From Mobula birostris (lineage: Eukaryota): a stretch of 64,000 bases of DNA. The notes below the pieces were generated by a model, which did no database searches, had not been told where the DNA came from, and worked only from the letters and a program-made list of their open reading frames with translations. Location: the NCBI RefSeq assembly GCF_030028105.1, contig NC_092382.1, positions 21,865,792 through 21,929,791 of the forward strand. The letters run 5' to 3'. The stretch's first letter is position 1. Each line of letters starts with the position of its first letter. Positions 37,873-51,229 of this stretch are shown here, piece by piece. The position numbers and the translations under genes are program-made.

Positions 37873-38508
37873 CTTGTGACACACTGCCAGGTTCACACTG
37901 GGGAGAAAGTTTCAATAAGCTGCATGCTGGATATTTGTCCATCACCGTTGCCGAATGCAATTTCGAGAGTGACTGTCGGTGCTGAACTCTGCAATTATTG
38001 CTGCTGCTCACCACACCCAGTTCTGCACCCTGGTCACTGGGCATGGGAGGAGTTTCTTCTGCACACAGTGTAAAGGAGCGGCGGATGTGGATATCAAACC
38101 ACTGGAAAATGATGCTGGAGAGGTAGTAATGGGGTGGGGGTGCAAGCTGATGGCAGATGATCTGAATAAGTATTGTACATCATTCATACTTGTCAAAGAC
38201 ACTGGCAGGAATATGGAGCTCGCAGATGTCAGTGGTCAGAATGTGTAAAGTTACCTTACTCAGGAGAAGGTTCCTGGGAAACAGAGATGGTCTGAAGTTT
38301 TAAATAGATCACCTGGACCTGATGGTGATCTGAAAGAGGTGGCTGAAGAGATGTGGACGCATTAGCAATGATCTTTCGAGAATTGTTAAGGAAATTATGT
38401 CTGAAGAAGTTTTTTCCTTCACTACTCCCCCTCTCCCAGTTTCACCTATCACCTACCACTTCTTTCACCCCCACACTTCTTCCTCTGACTTCTCATCTTT
38501 TTTTCCCC

Positions 38509-38546
38509 CAGTCCTGATGAAGGGTCTTGGCCTGAAACGGCGCCTG
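38509..38546 (+). ncRNA. Degenerate minimal hammerhead ribozyme motif in a Penelope tail fragment
   Basis: cagtc-CTGATGA-agggtcttggcct-GAAA-CGGC-gcctg. The cleavage-site region is mutated. Confidence 0.45.
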
Positions 38547-39689
38547 TTTACTATTTCCCATATATGCTGCCTGGCCTCCTAGGTTCCTCCAGCATTTTGT
38601 GTATGTGTTACTTGGATTTCCAGCATCCACAGAGTTTCTCCTGTTATTGATAAAAGCAAAAGCAGGGTCATATAATATAGCAAGAAAACAGTGGGAATGA
38701 GAGGATTGGAAAGCTTTTACAAACATACATAACCAACAGGAGACAACTGAAAAAAAAACACACACAGGAGAGACAAGATGAAAAATAAAGGTAAGTGAGC
38801 CAATAATATCAAGTATCAAAAGTTGTTCAGATATATTAAGAGTAAAAGAGAGGCAAGAGTTGATATTGTACCGCTGGAAGATGATGCTGGCGAGTTAGTA
38901 ATAGAGCAAAGAAATAGGGGCCAAATGTAATAAGTATTTTGTGTCAATCTTCACTGTGCAAGACACTAGTAGTATAAGACCATAAGACAAAGGAGCAGAA
39001 TTAGGCCATTCAGCCCCATCGAGTCTGCTCCGCCGTTCTATCATGGCTGATCCCAGTTCTCACTCAACCCCAACACCTGCCTCCTTGGCACATCCTGTAA
39101 TGCCCTGACTGATCAGCAAACTATTAGCTTCTGCCTTAAATGTACCCATAGACTTGGCCACCACCACTGTCTGTGTCAGAGAATTCCACAGATTCACTGC
39201 TCTCTGACAAAATAAAATCCTCCTTAACTACTGTAAAAGGTCGCTCCTCAGTTTTGAGGCTGTGCCCTCTGTTATGGCTACCCCCACCATACGAAAAGTC
39301 CTCTCCTCATCCACTCCATCGAGACCTTTCCACATTCGGTGGGTTTCAGTGAGATTTAACACCCCCCCCGCCAGCGTTTATTAAACATAGGTCAGTGCAG
39401 GAGTACAGGACCAAGGCTGGCAAACACTCCTCATATCTTAACCCCTTCATTCCCGGAATCATCTTCTTGAACATCCTCTGTACTCTCTCCAATGACAACA
39501 CACCTTTTCTGAGATATGGGTCCCAAATACTCTTAAGTAGAGTTTAGAAAGTACCAGCATTATCTCCTTCCTTATATATGCTACTTCACTTTAAATAAAT
39601 GCCAGCGTTGCATTTGCCTCCTTTACCACAAACTCAACCTGTAAATTAACCTGCTGGGCGTCTTGCCCGAAGACTCATATTTCATATTT

Positions 39690-40990
39690 CCGAGGACTCG
39701 GAAGTTTACTATAAGCTTACTGACTCTCACAGCTATCTGGACTATTCCTCTTCTCACCTTGTCTCTTGCAAAAATGCCATCCCCTTCTCACAATTCCTCC
39801 AACTCCACTGTACCTGCTGTCAGGATGACGCTTTTCATTCCAGGATGAGGGAGATGACCTTTTTTAAGTAAGGGGGCTTCCCTTCCTCCACCACCAACTC
39901 TGCTCTCAAATGCGTATCCCCCATTTCACGCACATCTGCTCTCACTCCATCCTCCCGCCACCCCACTAGGAAAAGGGTTCCCCTTGACCTCACCTGCCAC
40001 CCCACCAGCCTCCGGGTCCAACATATTACTCTCCGTAACTTCCGCCATCTCCAACAAGATCGCACCACTAAGCACATCTTTCCCTTGCCCCCTCTGCTTT
40101 CCACAGGGATCGCTCCCTACGCAACTCCCTTGTCCATTCGTCCCTCCCAACCCTCCCCACCGATCTCCCTCCTGGCACTTATCCTTGTAAGCGGAACAAG
40201 TACTACACATGCCCTTACACTTCCTCCCTCACCACCATTCAGGGCCCCAGACAGTCCTTCCAGGTGAGGCGACACTTCACCTGTGAGTCGGCTGGGGTGA
40301 TATACTGCGTTCGGTGCTTCCAATGCAGCCTTCTATATATTGGCGAGACCCGACACAGACTGGGAGATAATTTCGCTGAACACCGACGCTCTGTCTGCCA
40401 GAGAAAGCAGGATCTCCCAGTGGCCGCACATTTTAATTCCACGTCCCATTCCCATTCTGATATGTCTATCCATGGCCTCCCCTACTGTAAAGATGAAGCC
40501 ACACTCAGGTTGGAGGAACAACACCTTATATTCTGTCCGGGTAGCCTCCAACCTGATGGCATGAACATTGACTTCTCAAACTTCTGCTAATGCCCCACCT
40601 CCCCCTCGTACCCCATCTGAAATGTATCTATATACAGACATTCTTTTTCTCTCTCTCCTTTTTCTCCCTCTGCCCCTCTCTATATACCCCTGGCCCATCC
40701 TCTGGGTTTCCCCCCCCTCCCCCTTTTCTTTCTCCGTGGGCCTCCTGTTCCATGATCCTCTCATATCCCTTTTGCCAATCAACTGTCCAGCTCTTGGCTC
40801 CATTCCTCCCCCTCCTATCTTCTCCTATCATTTTGGATCTCCCCCTCCCCCTCCCACTTTCAGATCTCTTACTCGTTCTTCCTTCAGTTAGTCCTGACGA
40901 AGGGTCTCGGCCGGAAACGTTGACTGTACCTCTTCCTAGAGATGCTGACTGGCCTGCTGCGTTCACCAGCAACTTTGATGTGTGTTACTT
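39690..40990 (+). mobile_element. Penelope-like retroelement 3' portion (RT C-terminus remnant, GIY-YIG endonuclease, pLTR)
   Basis: ORF 40264-40590: FTCESAGVIYCVRC..C..LYIGET..RL..F.EH...PVAAHFN...E..LI.......PDGMN. Confidence 0.92.
40889..40926 (+). ncRNA. Minimal type-I hammerhead ribozyme motif in the Penelope pLTR
   Basis: tagtc-CTGACGA-agggtctcggccg-GAAA-CGTT-gactg: catalytic boxes CUGANGA and GAAA, stem I agtc/gact, short stem II, palindromic AACGTT in place of stem III. Confidence 0.7.
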
Positions 40991-41029
40991 ATATTTCCTT
41001 CTGTTGTTTGAACCGTCTGTCCAATCAGA

Positions 41030-41400
41030 TAATAGTTCTCTAATGTTGCTTTTGCCAAAATGCATTATTGTACATTTCCCAATATTGTACACCATCTGCC
41101 ACTTTGTTGCCCATTCTTCAAATTTGTCTGTGTCCTGCTGCAATCGCATTGCTTCCTCAGCACTACCAACGCATCCACCTATCCTTGTATCATCCGCAAA
41201 CCTTCCCACAAAGCCATCAATTCCTTTATCCAAATCATCGACAAATAATGTGAAAAATAGCGGACAGAATACTGACCCCTGGAGACCACTAGCCACTGTT
41301 AGCTAACCAGAAAAAGGCTCTTTTTATTTCCACTCGCTGCCTCTTGGCTGCCAGACATTCCTCTATCCATGCCAGTATTTCTTCTGATTTTTATCCTGTT
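41030..41400 (-). mobile_element. CR1-type LINE RT fragment
   Basis: LQGSVFCPLFFTLFVDDLDKGIDGFVGRFADDTRIGG...KCTIMHFG. The element resumes left of the Penelope insertion (~39000-39660). Confidence 0.85.
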
Positions 41401-41409
41401 AAGCAATGG

Positions 41410-44400
41410 GGGTGTATGGGGTGGTTGGGTCCTGACTAAATATCAGGAAATGCCAATAGCGATTATATAGCTTCTGCCGCCCAAGACAACTCCGCCTTCA
41501 CGGAGGGCTCAGGTCCGGGTGCAGCCTGTCTCGCTGAAGGAGCTCTGTCTATGGCGAGTGTTTAGCACCAGAGAAATAACCAGACCGACGCTGGTGGTGT
41601 CACCTAAAATCACTGAAGGCTCTGGCAGCAGGGAGATTGATTTCAAGCTGTGGTGGAGGATTGTCTTTGTACAACAACAGCAAAGGTAGGGCGATGCCTA
41701 GTGTATGATTCCCAATCGGGAACACCAGTAGAGGTCAAATGCTCTAGTTAGATGAGCACTGCGGCAACAGAAGGCAACGGCAAACCAATGTTGAAATTTC
41801 TGCCTCTTCAGTCATGAAAAGAAACAAAAGAAGGAAACCAGACAACAGCGTGAATGGGGTTTATTCTAATGAACAGAACAACACCTCGCTCGGTCGGGGT
41901 AGTCACGTGCTGCAGGTGACACCAGACCGTCATCCAGAGACTGTAAGCAATAGGGAAAGGCTAAGGGTAGCAACATGGAACATCCGTATACTTTACCAGA
42001 AAGGAAGTTGGACAACACTTTAACTGAAATGTAAAGGTTGGAAGTTGATATCTTCGGCGTGTCAGAAATTAGATGGACCGATAGTGGCAAATTCACTGAG
42101 AATAGTTCTCTGATCATGTACTCTGGAGGTCAACAGCGTATGTATGGAGCTGGGATTATTTTAAACAAACGCGTATCAGAATGTGTTATGGGATCTTGGG
42201 CTGCTTTTAGTTAAATTGAGGGGTAACCCTTTCAACATTAGCGTAATCCAAGCCTGTGCGCAAACAAATGATGCGGATGAAGAAGATATCAGCAAGTTTT
42301 ATGAAGGTCTCGACAGTGCTTATGAGCAATGTAAATCTCAGGATATAAATCTAGTCATGGGAGACTTTAACTCCAAAGTGGACAGGAAAGCGTTGATAAC
42401 ATCATAAAACATTTGGATTAGGGGAGGAAAATGAAAATGAAGAAAGGTTTACTGATTGGTTTGTCAGAACCAACCAAGTGATCACCAATTCTTGGTATAA
42501 AAACCATCCATGTAGATTGTGTACTTGGATTAGCCGTGGAGATAGACAAGGAATCAAATAGATTTCATTACCATCAGTGAACGCTTTAGAAATAATATCA
42601 CAAATTGTAAAGCCTACCCAGGAGCAGAGCACCATCCAGTAATAGCTACCATTAACACAAATTTAAAGAAACTGAAACGTGGAAAAAAGAGAAAGGAGTA
42701 TATGTTGGGAGAACATAAAAATGATAGCATACTTAAGCAGCAATTCAAAACAGCTGTAGAAGAGCACCTCACCGAACACGAAACATACCTATTTGGGACA
42801 GATTTAAATATGCTGTACAGCAATCAGCAGAGGAGATAATCCCAGTACAAGAAATCCAACATACCAACAAGGGGTGGATAACCCGAGAAATCCGAGATCT
42901 GATGGAACAAAGAAGAATAATGAAGTGTAACACAGAGAACGAGACAGATAGACCAGACAATTGTGCAATATTGCAAAGGAAGAATGGCTGAATCAAAAAT
43001 GCAATGAAGTAGAAAGCCATATTAACAATAACAATGAAATGCACAAGAAAATTTAGGAAATTAATGTAATTAAGAAAACTTCTACAGGATGCATAAGATC
43101 AGCAGACAGATCCATACTAACAGACCCAGGTAAAGTATGTGAGAGGTGTATTCAGTACATAGATCTGCTTTTTCAAGAAAATAGAGGGGAATCCCCGGAT
43201 ATTAAACACCCTAATTCTGGCCCACCTATTACCAAAGAAGAAATAACTAAAGCAATGAAAAGCCTAAAACCTAGTAAAGCCACTGGACCTGATGAAATTT
43301 CAGTGGAAATGATACAAGCCCTGGAGGATCTGGGCATAGATATTCCTTATGAACTGTTTCATTTCATATATGAGTCTGCTGTATGCTCTGACGATCTCTT
43401 GAAATCAGTATTTATAACTCTTCAAAAATTCCTGGAACTCTTGACTGTGGAAATTATAGAACCGTCAGTCTTATGAGCCACATAATAAAGATTTTGTTGA
43501 GAGTTGTTCTGAGTCGAATGAAAAATAAGTTAAGTCTAGCAACTTCTAAACTGCAGTGTGGGTTTATTGAGGATAAACGAACTAGGAACACAATTTTCAT
43601 ACTACGAATGCTTTCAGAAGGGGCAATTGAATATCAAAATGATGTATTTTTATGTTTTATCGATTTCACTAAAGCATTCGACAAAGTGAAACATGAAAAA
43701 TTCTTTCAAATTCTCTCTAAACTAGACACTGATGGAAGGAACCAACAACTGCTTCAAAATTTATATTGGAATCAAACAGCAGCGGTAAAGAAGTATGATA
43801 ATATAAGCAGTTGGACTAACATTCAAAGAGGAGTTAGACAGGGATGCGTTGCCTCACCGAAATTATTTGATATCTACAACGAAATGATTCTCAGAGAAAT
43901 AGAAGGCCTCGATGGGATAAAAATTGGAGTTGTTAACATCAACAATATAAGATATGCAGACGATACCACTCTAATAGCAAGTGCTGCAGAAGACCTACAC
44001 ATCCTCCTAGACAAAGTAGTACAAGCAAGTGCAGATTTTGTTCTAACCACCAACTGTTAAAAAAAAACAAATGTATGGTAATATCAAAACAGCAGGATAT
44101 TCCCAACTGCCAATTGTACATCGGTAACCAAGAGATTGAACAAAAGACCAGCTTTAATTACATGAGTAGCTTTATATCAGAAAATTCTGGAAGTAAAGCA
44201 GAAATAAAAAAGAAGAATTGCCATTGCCAAAACCAACTTCCAAAAAATGAAACCCATTTTTACCAACAGACACATTTCTATGACAACAAGGCTTAGGCTA
44301 CTAAAATGTTGCATCTGGTCAATCTTGCTGTATGCTTCTGAAACATGGACTATAACACCAGAACTCCAAAGAAACTTAGAAGCAACAGAAATGTGGTTTC

Positions 44401-44725
44401 TTAGAAGAATGCTGAAAGTATCATACAGAGATATGGTAACTAATGAGACAGTACTCCAACGTGCCCATACAAAAAAGATCTTTAATGAGAGCATTAAATG
44501 AGAGGAAATTTAAATTCCCTGGCCATGTCATCAGAAAGGGAGAAATAGAATGCCTTACATTACAAGGCCATATGCCTGGGAAACGCAGAGGAGAAATGCA
44601 AGGAAGAATATATTTGGACACTGGGAAAGATCAGATTTAAATGTGCGAGATATCATTGACGCTGCGACGTGGAAAGCCATGACCGCCCAAGCGTGTAACA
44701 CGCAAGGCACACGAAGAAGATGATC
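41410..44725 (+). mobile_element. Near full-length RTE-clade (BovB-like) LINE, heavily mutated
   Basis: 5' motif gaaggcaacggcaaacca; APE RLRVATWNIR...GVSEIRW...VMGDFNSKV; RT FLCFIDFTKAFDKV, RGVRQGCVASP, NNIRYADDT; LLYASETWT; short gaagaagat tail. Many stops and frameshifts. Confidence 0.9.
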
Positions 44726-45553
44726 AAAAAGTTATGTTCTCCCAGTGCATGCCTGGACACCGAGTCCTCATGATGAATTTGGGTCTACCAGGGAAGTATA
44801 AGTTGGCTCACTGCTGGGAGGCTACGACCTATGTAATGGAGAGTCAACTGCAAAATGTACTAGTTTTCTGAATGATACCAGAGGATGGGAATGGACCTGT
44901 CAGGATTCTGCATCGGAACCACCTTCTACCTCTGGGGCAAGAGGTGCGTGTTAACCCAGAGCCTGGCCTGGACCCTACACCTAGTAAGAGGACTCTGCCA
45001 CAACGCGGAGAGACTGAAGGACTCGGAGGATGAGGTAAAGGGGTTGTGGTATATGCTGCATTTCACCAACTTGCCAAAAATTGATGAAGGGGTTCTCAGC
45101 CTTTCTCTCACCGAGGCAGGTGACCTGGGCGGGGCGGGGGGTGGGGGTTGGTGGGGGATTAGCAGTGCTCAGGCAGGCTTGCAGCTGGACCAGGAAGCGG
45201 GTCTCGGCTCCAGAGTAACTGGGGATGAAGCTGAGCTGAGGGATCCGGGTTGCAGGAAGGCACGAGTGATAGAGCGGGGGAACCCTCGTCATGTACACCA
45301 GAGGTACCCCAAGGAGTGTCTGAAACGGAAGTAGTTGATGGGGTAAGGAGGTCTCAAAGAATCAGCTTGCCTATGTAGGGCCAGGGTAACAGAGTGCTCC
45401 GACTACCCCCCCCCCCCAGTGAGATATGTCACTACCTTTTACAAATGATTGGAGTTGCTGACATCTCGAAATTCCATTGAAAGCGGTGTTATTAATGTGA
45501 GAGGACAAATTATTTCCAGTCATGATGACATGACTATTTCGGTGTGGGGAGGG

Positions 45554-46192
45554 TGTAATGCCCTGGTTATTACTTTTACTGTTACGCTGTATGTATTTCA
45601 TATTGGCAGTTCTGTAAAAGCAGCTTGTTTTCAGCTGTTTTGGCTGATGGTTGAACATAAGAGATGAGGAGAAATGTGTGCTATCCATTTAGGATGGTTG
45701 AATGAAGGGGCTGTTTCTCTGGTGAGGGACACTAAGGTTGGGCTTGGGTTTTGTCCGGCGGGAGGTGGGGAGAGGAGACGCTGTAGCGAACCGGTCGAAG
45801 CGCAGGATCCGGCGGGAGACCCGTTTGTTCGAGGTGGGTTGCGAGCGACGTTCGGAAGGTGGTGTGAGCTTTCACGTTGACCGAGGACCCAGCGCCCGAG
45901 TGACAGAGAAGTTCCAGATGAGCTCCAACGTGTGCACGTGTGACCGTTTGATTGGAATTGGGCAGTTTATTTTTGTTATTCTTCACTGACCTTTCAGTTA
46001 AGATTCATAAGTATAATTCCTTTAATCGTATGCAGTGTACAGTCTGTTATTTGTCACAGGATAGCAAATTACACAGCATTCACACAACCCGGGGTTTGGG
46101 GTGGGATCGAGCCGTCCCAGTCTCACCAGTTTGGCGGGAATTGAGAGTGTTTTCCTTCGACTTACGCGGCCAAGGAAACCAGAGTGTTTCAC
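45554..46192 (+). mobile_element. Probable solo LTR
   Basis: Starts TGTAAT and ends ...gtgtttCA; shares the 'tttaatcgt...cagtgtac...tgttattt' tract with the outer LTR near 37540-37590 (reverse complement). No TSD found. Confidence 0.45.
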
Positions 46193-46434
46193 CTGTATAT
46201 CAGTACATGCGGCCGGACACACAAAGATCAGAACTTACAAGGAATAGGGAATTAAAGTAGCAGGAACAAAAAGGCCGGCGATCAGCAGGAGCCGTTACTC
46301 ATCCGCCTGTCGTTTGTCCAGAACACAGGCGACGTGTCTTTAAACGTTCAATGAAGTACACAAAATTAACAGCTGTACCTCTCCATTACTGTTGTCTCTG
46401 GATGGAGTGAGAAAACTGTATGAACATAGAACAT

Positions 46435-47285
46435 TAGTCAATACTTCCTCAATGTGTGCCAGACACGCCTGGATACAGTTCAAGGCGGTTCACTGGGCTC
46501 ATATGTCCAAGAATAAGTCAGCTCGTTTTTATTGCCATATAAATCCTATTTGTGACAAATGTAATTCTGAGGTAGCTTCCTTCACACATATGTTCTGGTC
46601 TTGTCCTCTTTTAGAAAAATATTTTAAAGATATTTTTGATATTATTTCAGTGGTTCTGTGTATTGATTTACAACCTCATCCTATTACTGCAAATTCTGGA
46701 CGACCGGTGATAGACTCTAGTCGTTTATCCATGTCAGCTTGTCGTCTGATTGCATTTGTTACATTAATAGCCAGAAGATCCATTTTATTTAAATCGGAAG
46801 ATTGTAATTCCCCCATTTCAATGGTTTTCCCAAACGATAGCATGCCCAAACTTGGAAAAAAATTAGGAGCGGTACTATGGATCCTTCGGTTAAATTTGAA
46901 GAAACTTGGAGCCATTGATTCAATATTTTCATATGATGTAAGTTGACCCTTTCGGAATCCTTTGTAGTTTTTTGTTGTTTATGTATAGAGGAGCGGAGTT
47001 AACGAAAAATAATTCTGGCCGATGTAATATGACAGCCCAAGCTTTATTTGTATGTCTTGTTTTTTTAGTTTAGTTTCTTTTTAGTTCAGAGAGTTTTCTT
47101 TTTCTCTCTTTATAAAATATATTTTTCATGGTCAATTACTATGAGGTTGCGAGGCTAAACTATATTTGCTACTTGGAATTTGTGCTTGTACATGTTAACT
47201 GTTATTATTGCAATCCCGATCTCTATGTATCATTACTATTATTGTTATGTTTAATTTTGAAAGTTAATAAAAAGATTGAAAAAGA
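46435..47285 (+). mobile_element. L1-clade LINE 3' end
   Basis: VNTSSMCARHAWIQFKAVH...PICDKC....SFTHMFWSC, T-rich 3' UTR, then AATAAA and an A-rich tail. Confidence 0.85.
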
Positions 47286-48959
47286 ACATAGATATTTACC
47301 GCACATTACAGGCCCTTCGGCCCACAGCGGAGAGACCTACTCCAGAGACAGCCAAGAATTTCGCCAGCGCACAGCCCGGTATTTTGCTCAGCTCCATGTC
47401 CCTGGATCACAGTGGATGTGTCTCATCCAGGACCAGCACATAATGGTGGCGAGGGCCGAATACTTCAGAAAATCACGTAAAAAAAAAATGTTCCTTTCAA
47501 AATGCTGAAAGACGTGGAGTGACAGAGAAAATAAAAAGAGTTGTGGAGGTTGGTAGAATCTTGCTGACAAATAAAAATTGAAGAGCATGAAGACCGGGCG
47601 GATCTCACCGTGCTGAACTCGGGAGAGGTGTGGGGAGAACAAGCAGAGGAAATAACTGAGATGCAGGAAGGAATTTCTCTCCATTGGCAGAGGGATGGAA
47701 CTTCAGAGAAACCTGTGTGGAGAATCTTCCAACATTGGAAAAGTACAGCGGAGACATGGAGACTGTGAGAATGGAATGAAGCTCCAAAGGAGGAGTGTGA
47801 GGGTGTGGAATGGATGCAGGAGGCCAGAGCTGAGGAGATCCACGGAGTGAATACAAGAGACAGAAATGAACTGAATCAAACTTCCACACTGACGACAGGA
47901 TACAAAAGAAAGGATGCAGAGGGAATTTTTCCCAGGTGGGGAGTTAAGAAACGGGATAATTTGGAACTGTGACGGGGAGAATACCCTTCAGGAAATGAAG
48001 TGAACGCTTGCAGCATTTCACCTGAAGTTCTGCGGAGGCGCAGTCTTTGAAATACTTCATAATATTCATTTTTTATATAAATCAATGAGATTAGATGCGG
48101 AAGAAGAAAATGCTTCTTCAAGGGAAAATATTAGCGGTGATAATGTCTCCTTAAGGAATAGCTTCTGTTTGTATTTCATATGCCCACCCGGATTGCCGCG
48201 AATTTTCGCAGTGTGATCGCTATTCCCCAGTTATTACCCAGGACGCTATGCTCTATTTGCCCCATTCGTTCTCCTGGAACGTTTTCAGTTACGTGTCCAT
48301 TACCATATAGCTTGGCGCATTCTTGTGGATCAGTTGTTGACGGGATGCGTATCTCGCCCAGTTTTCCACTGAGAGAATGCTCAGAAGTGGAAGGGATAGG
48401 CAGGCTACTGAGCTGACGGATGGGACTGCGGAAATTTCACCTCAGGTAGCTGAAGGATGACGTCAGGAGGGAGGGCCGTGCGGGCGTGACTGAAAAAGCG
48501 CTGAGCTCTGGGATCGTGGGACTGATTTGGACGGGACCTTGCAGTGATTTGGATACAAGTGCATAGAATTATAAACCCAGCCATCTCGATTTAGTTGTGC
48601 AGTTAGTCATGCAAACACCTGTCTTTAATTTATCCCCCAAACCTCGTTTACCGTCTGTACCTCCTTAAATGTCTTTTTCTCCCTTCTTCACCGTTTCCAC
48701 ATCGCTACCCTTATCACTTCATACTGAGATGAGTTCTCTTTATATTGGTATGGGAATGTCATGGGAGAAAATTCCGGTTAACAAAATATATGTATATGCA
48801 GCTCGGAAGGCAGTTCAACGAAGCGAATAAGGAGACAAGGCTTATTTATAATTGTGTCAAATCGACGCCGTAAGTACGGCGTCGCCGCGAACCATACGAA
48901 CCATACGCAGAGCTATGCGGATCCCTACGCCGTGGCCGTGTGTCTTGTGCTGGCGGCGT

Positions 48960-49620
48960 CATGTGTCACAAATATGATTGTGCTTTTAAAGGAATGATCT
49001 CGACGATTTAACGAAGCAGGAAGGTAGATAGAGTTTGGATGGACTTTAGTAATGTTCCTAACAAAGCACCCATGGCAGATGCAGGGACGCCGAGATGAAT
49101 GAGAAAACTAGTCACACAATTAGCTTGGTAAGTGGATGCGAATGGCAGTGTGCGAGCGTGTCTCTCCTCCCGGACACCGGCAATAAGCGGCGAGCTGTAG
49201 ATTTGCTGCTGGGTCCTTTATTGTTTGTAAAAGAGTATGTGAAACAAAATGTGACTTATCCACATTGTGAAATAAAATTCTGGGAGGACATATAGACCTT
49301 TGGGGGGTCGTTTTTAGTTGTAACCTTGCAATGCTAGGCCACACCTTTCTGAATGGAGGAGGACAGTACAGCGAAAGTAAATTTTGTTATTCTTGCAGTG
49401 TCCACCGAGGCTTTGAGTGGAAGAATTCCGACTCGGTCTTACAGCTATACGGAGCACTGGTTATAACAGACTGAGAGCAATGGGTGCAATTCTGATTGCC
49501 ACGCCATGGGAAGGATGTTGTAAGAACTGATGGAAGATCAATATTCACTAGATTGTTTCCTGGACTGTGGGAAAGGGGATAAACTATAAGAAGAAGTTTG
49601 ATTGTCTGAAATAGCAAATA
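48960..49620 (+). mobile_element. Old CR1-type LINE RT fragment
   Basis: Decayed LLGPLLF, LQLYGALV..LEQWVQF..P-type motifs. Confidence 0.5.
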
Positions 49621-50318
49621 AAATGAATGGTCCCTGTAAAAGTTTATACAACTATGAGGAGGTGTATATTGTACAGATAGCCAATAACTTTGTCTTCTCC
49701 ATTGTCAGCAGTGGCACGTCCATACACAGATCTGAAGACATTCTTTTTCTCGCCCAGTGCGGCGTGGTCATGTCTACAGCAGACGTGCTGAATGCAGGTG
49801 ATAATAAAACAATGGAAACGTGTCTGGAGAACCCTTGGTTAACAAAGGTAGAGAGGGATACGGGCTGCATTATGGCTCTGGGGATTGGCATAGGTCGCCA
49901 TAGTCGAGCTGGGGCAGAATCTATGCAATATTGATTCCGCACTGCAATCTACAAGAAGGTAGCTCTGTCACAGCGCTGACCGCAGCGAATCTGCACTGCC
50001 AGTGCAAAAGTCATTCCGATGACTCCACCTTTACCCGAGTTACCCAGCGGCCAAATGAGCCCGACTGTCAACACAGCTGTCAAACGCAACGAGTGAATGA
50101 AATCAACTGAGGATACCAGGATTGTTGGTGACGTCACGGCTATCAAGGTCGCTCCTGCACGGAAATGGAGTTATATTTTATTTCAAGTCAATTTAATAGC
50201 GGGACACATTACACTGAAACACATAAAACCCAGATATACATCACGACCCAATAACAGATTCCCGATGCGGAGAATTAGTAGTTAATGAACATTCGACTTT
50301 AGGAATATGTGCTTTGCT

Positions 50319-51229
50319 TTACCTGTGTTTTTTAACCAATTTTAAAAATAAAGTCCAAGGGTATTTTAACACCAGCCGCATTTCCTCTCTAAACTTAGTC
50401 TGGGTCGCTGTATAAATGCAGGCGTTCGTGCAGGAACTCAGATACATGATCATGTAGCCGGCTTCAGTGGCGACATAGGCGGAGTCGGTGTAATCGCCGT
50501 CGTAATGCGCGGTTCCTGCGAGTCGGGTGATCTGAAAGATCACAGTGACCGACAGCCATAACAGAATGAAACTGCCGGACACACTAAAGAGTAAAATGAT
50601 GGATTTCCGGCGGCCTTCCATCTCCGGATCCTTCTGTGTTTGACTGCCTTGACCGCGCAGTCCGCGGCGCACTTTACTGGCTAATAAAATGCGCCTTACC
50701 GTCAGACAGTTAAACAGGGTTATCAGAACAAAAGGTGATATAACCGTTAAAATACTCTGCAGAAAGGAGAATGCGACGCCCACAAGAGACGTAATGAACC
50801 ATGAGCTCGACTGACAGCCCCATTGAATACCGTTAATTACACGCTCAGGTTTATACTGAAATAGATACGGGACGTTCTGTAAATGCATCAGGAGCGGCAC
50901 GGTTATAATGCCAGCAACAGCTGTCCTCACCGTGCAATATTTCGTTTTAAGCTTCTCACAACAGATCGCTACAAACCGATCGGCTGTGAACAGGACAGTG
51001 TACCAGACCGAGGTTTGCAGGCAGGTCGAATTGAAGTACAGGACGACCTTACAGGCGGATGTGTAGGACAGGAAGGAGAATGGAAACTGGTACGTGACGA
51101 TATGATACACAATTACAGAGACGATCATCACCAGGAAATCTGCCATTGCCATGAAAGCCATGTAGAGCGATATACATTTGGAAAGGCCACAATTCCCTCG
51201 GAAGAGGACCACCATTGTCAATAGGTTCG
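50319..51229 (-). CDS. GPR139-like orphan class-A GPCR, exon 2 (intact; 326 aa after splicing)
   Basis: tctttccctAG acceptor, then (A)NLLTMVVL...AMADFLV...FTADRFVAICC...DPEMEGRRKSIILL...SSCTNACIY...FREE...KHR*. Seven hydrophobic segments and no lesions. Confidence 0.92.

Noticed and set aside
41410-41800. Possible HDV-like ribozyme in the RTE 5' region
   Set aside because: Such ribozymes are known for some RTE elements, but I could not build the nested double pseudoknot by eye. A motif search is needed.
44885-45334. 149-aa ORF
   Set aside because: No clear domain; probably a decayed retroelement on the opposite strand that I cannot classify.
47560-48050. Purine-rich stretch with a CRKEF motif suggestive of a decayed TRIM/RING exon
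   Set aside because: No complete RING or B-box pattern in any frame.
48864-48883. Perfect 9-bp hairpin gacgccgta-ag-tacggcgtc
   Set aside because: Lies within a probable MITE end and is too short to support a functional claim.
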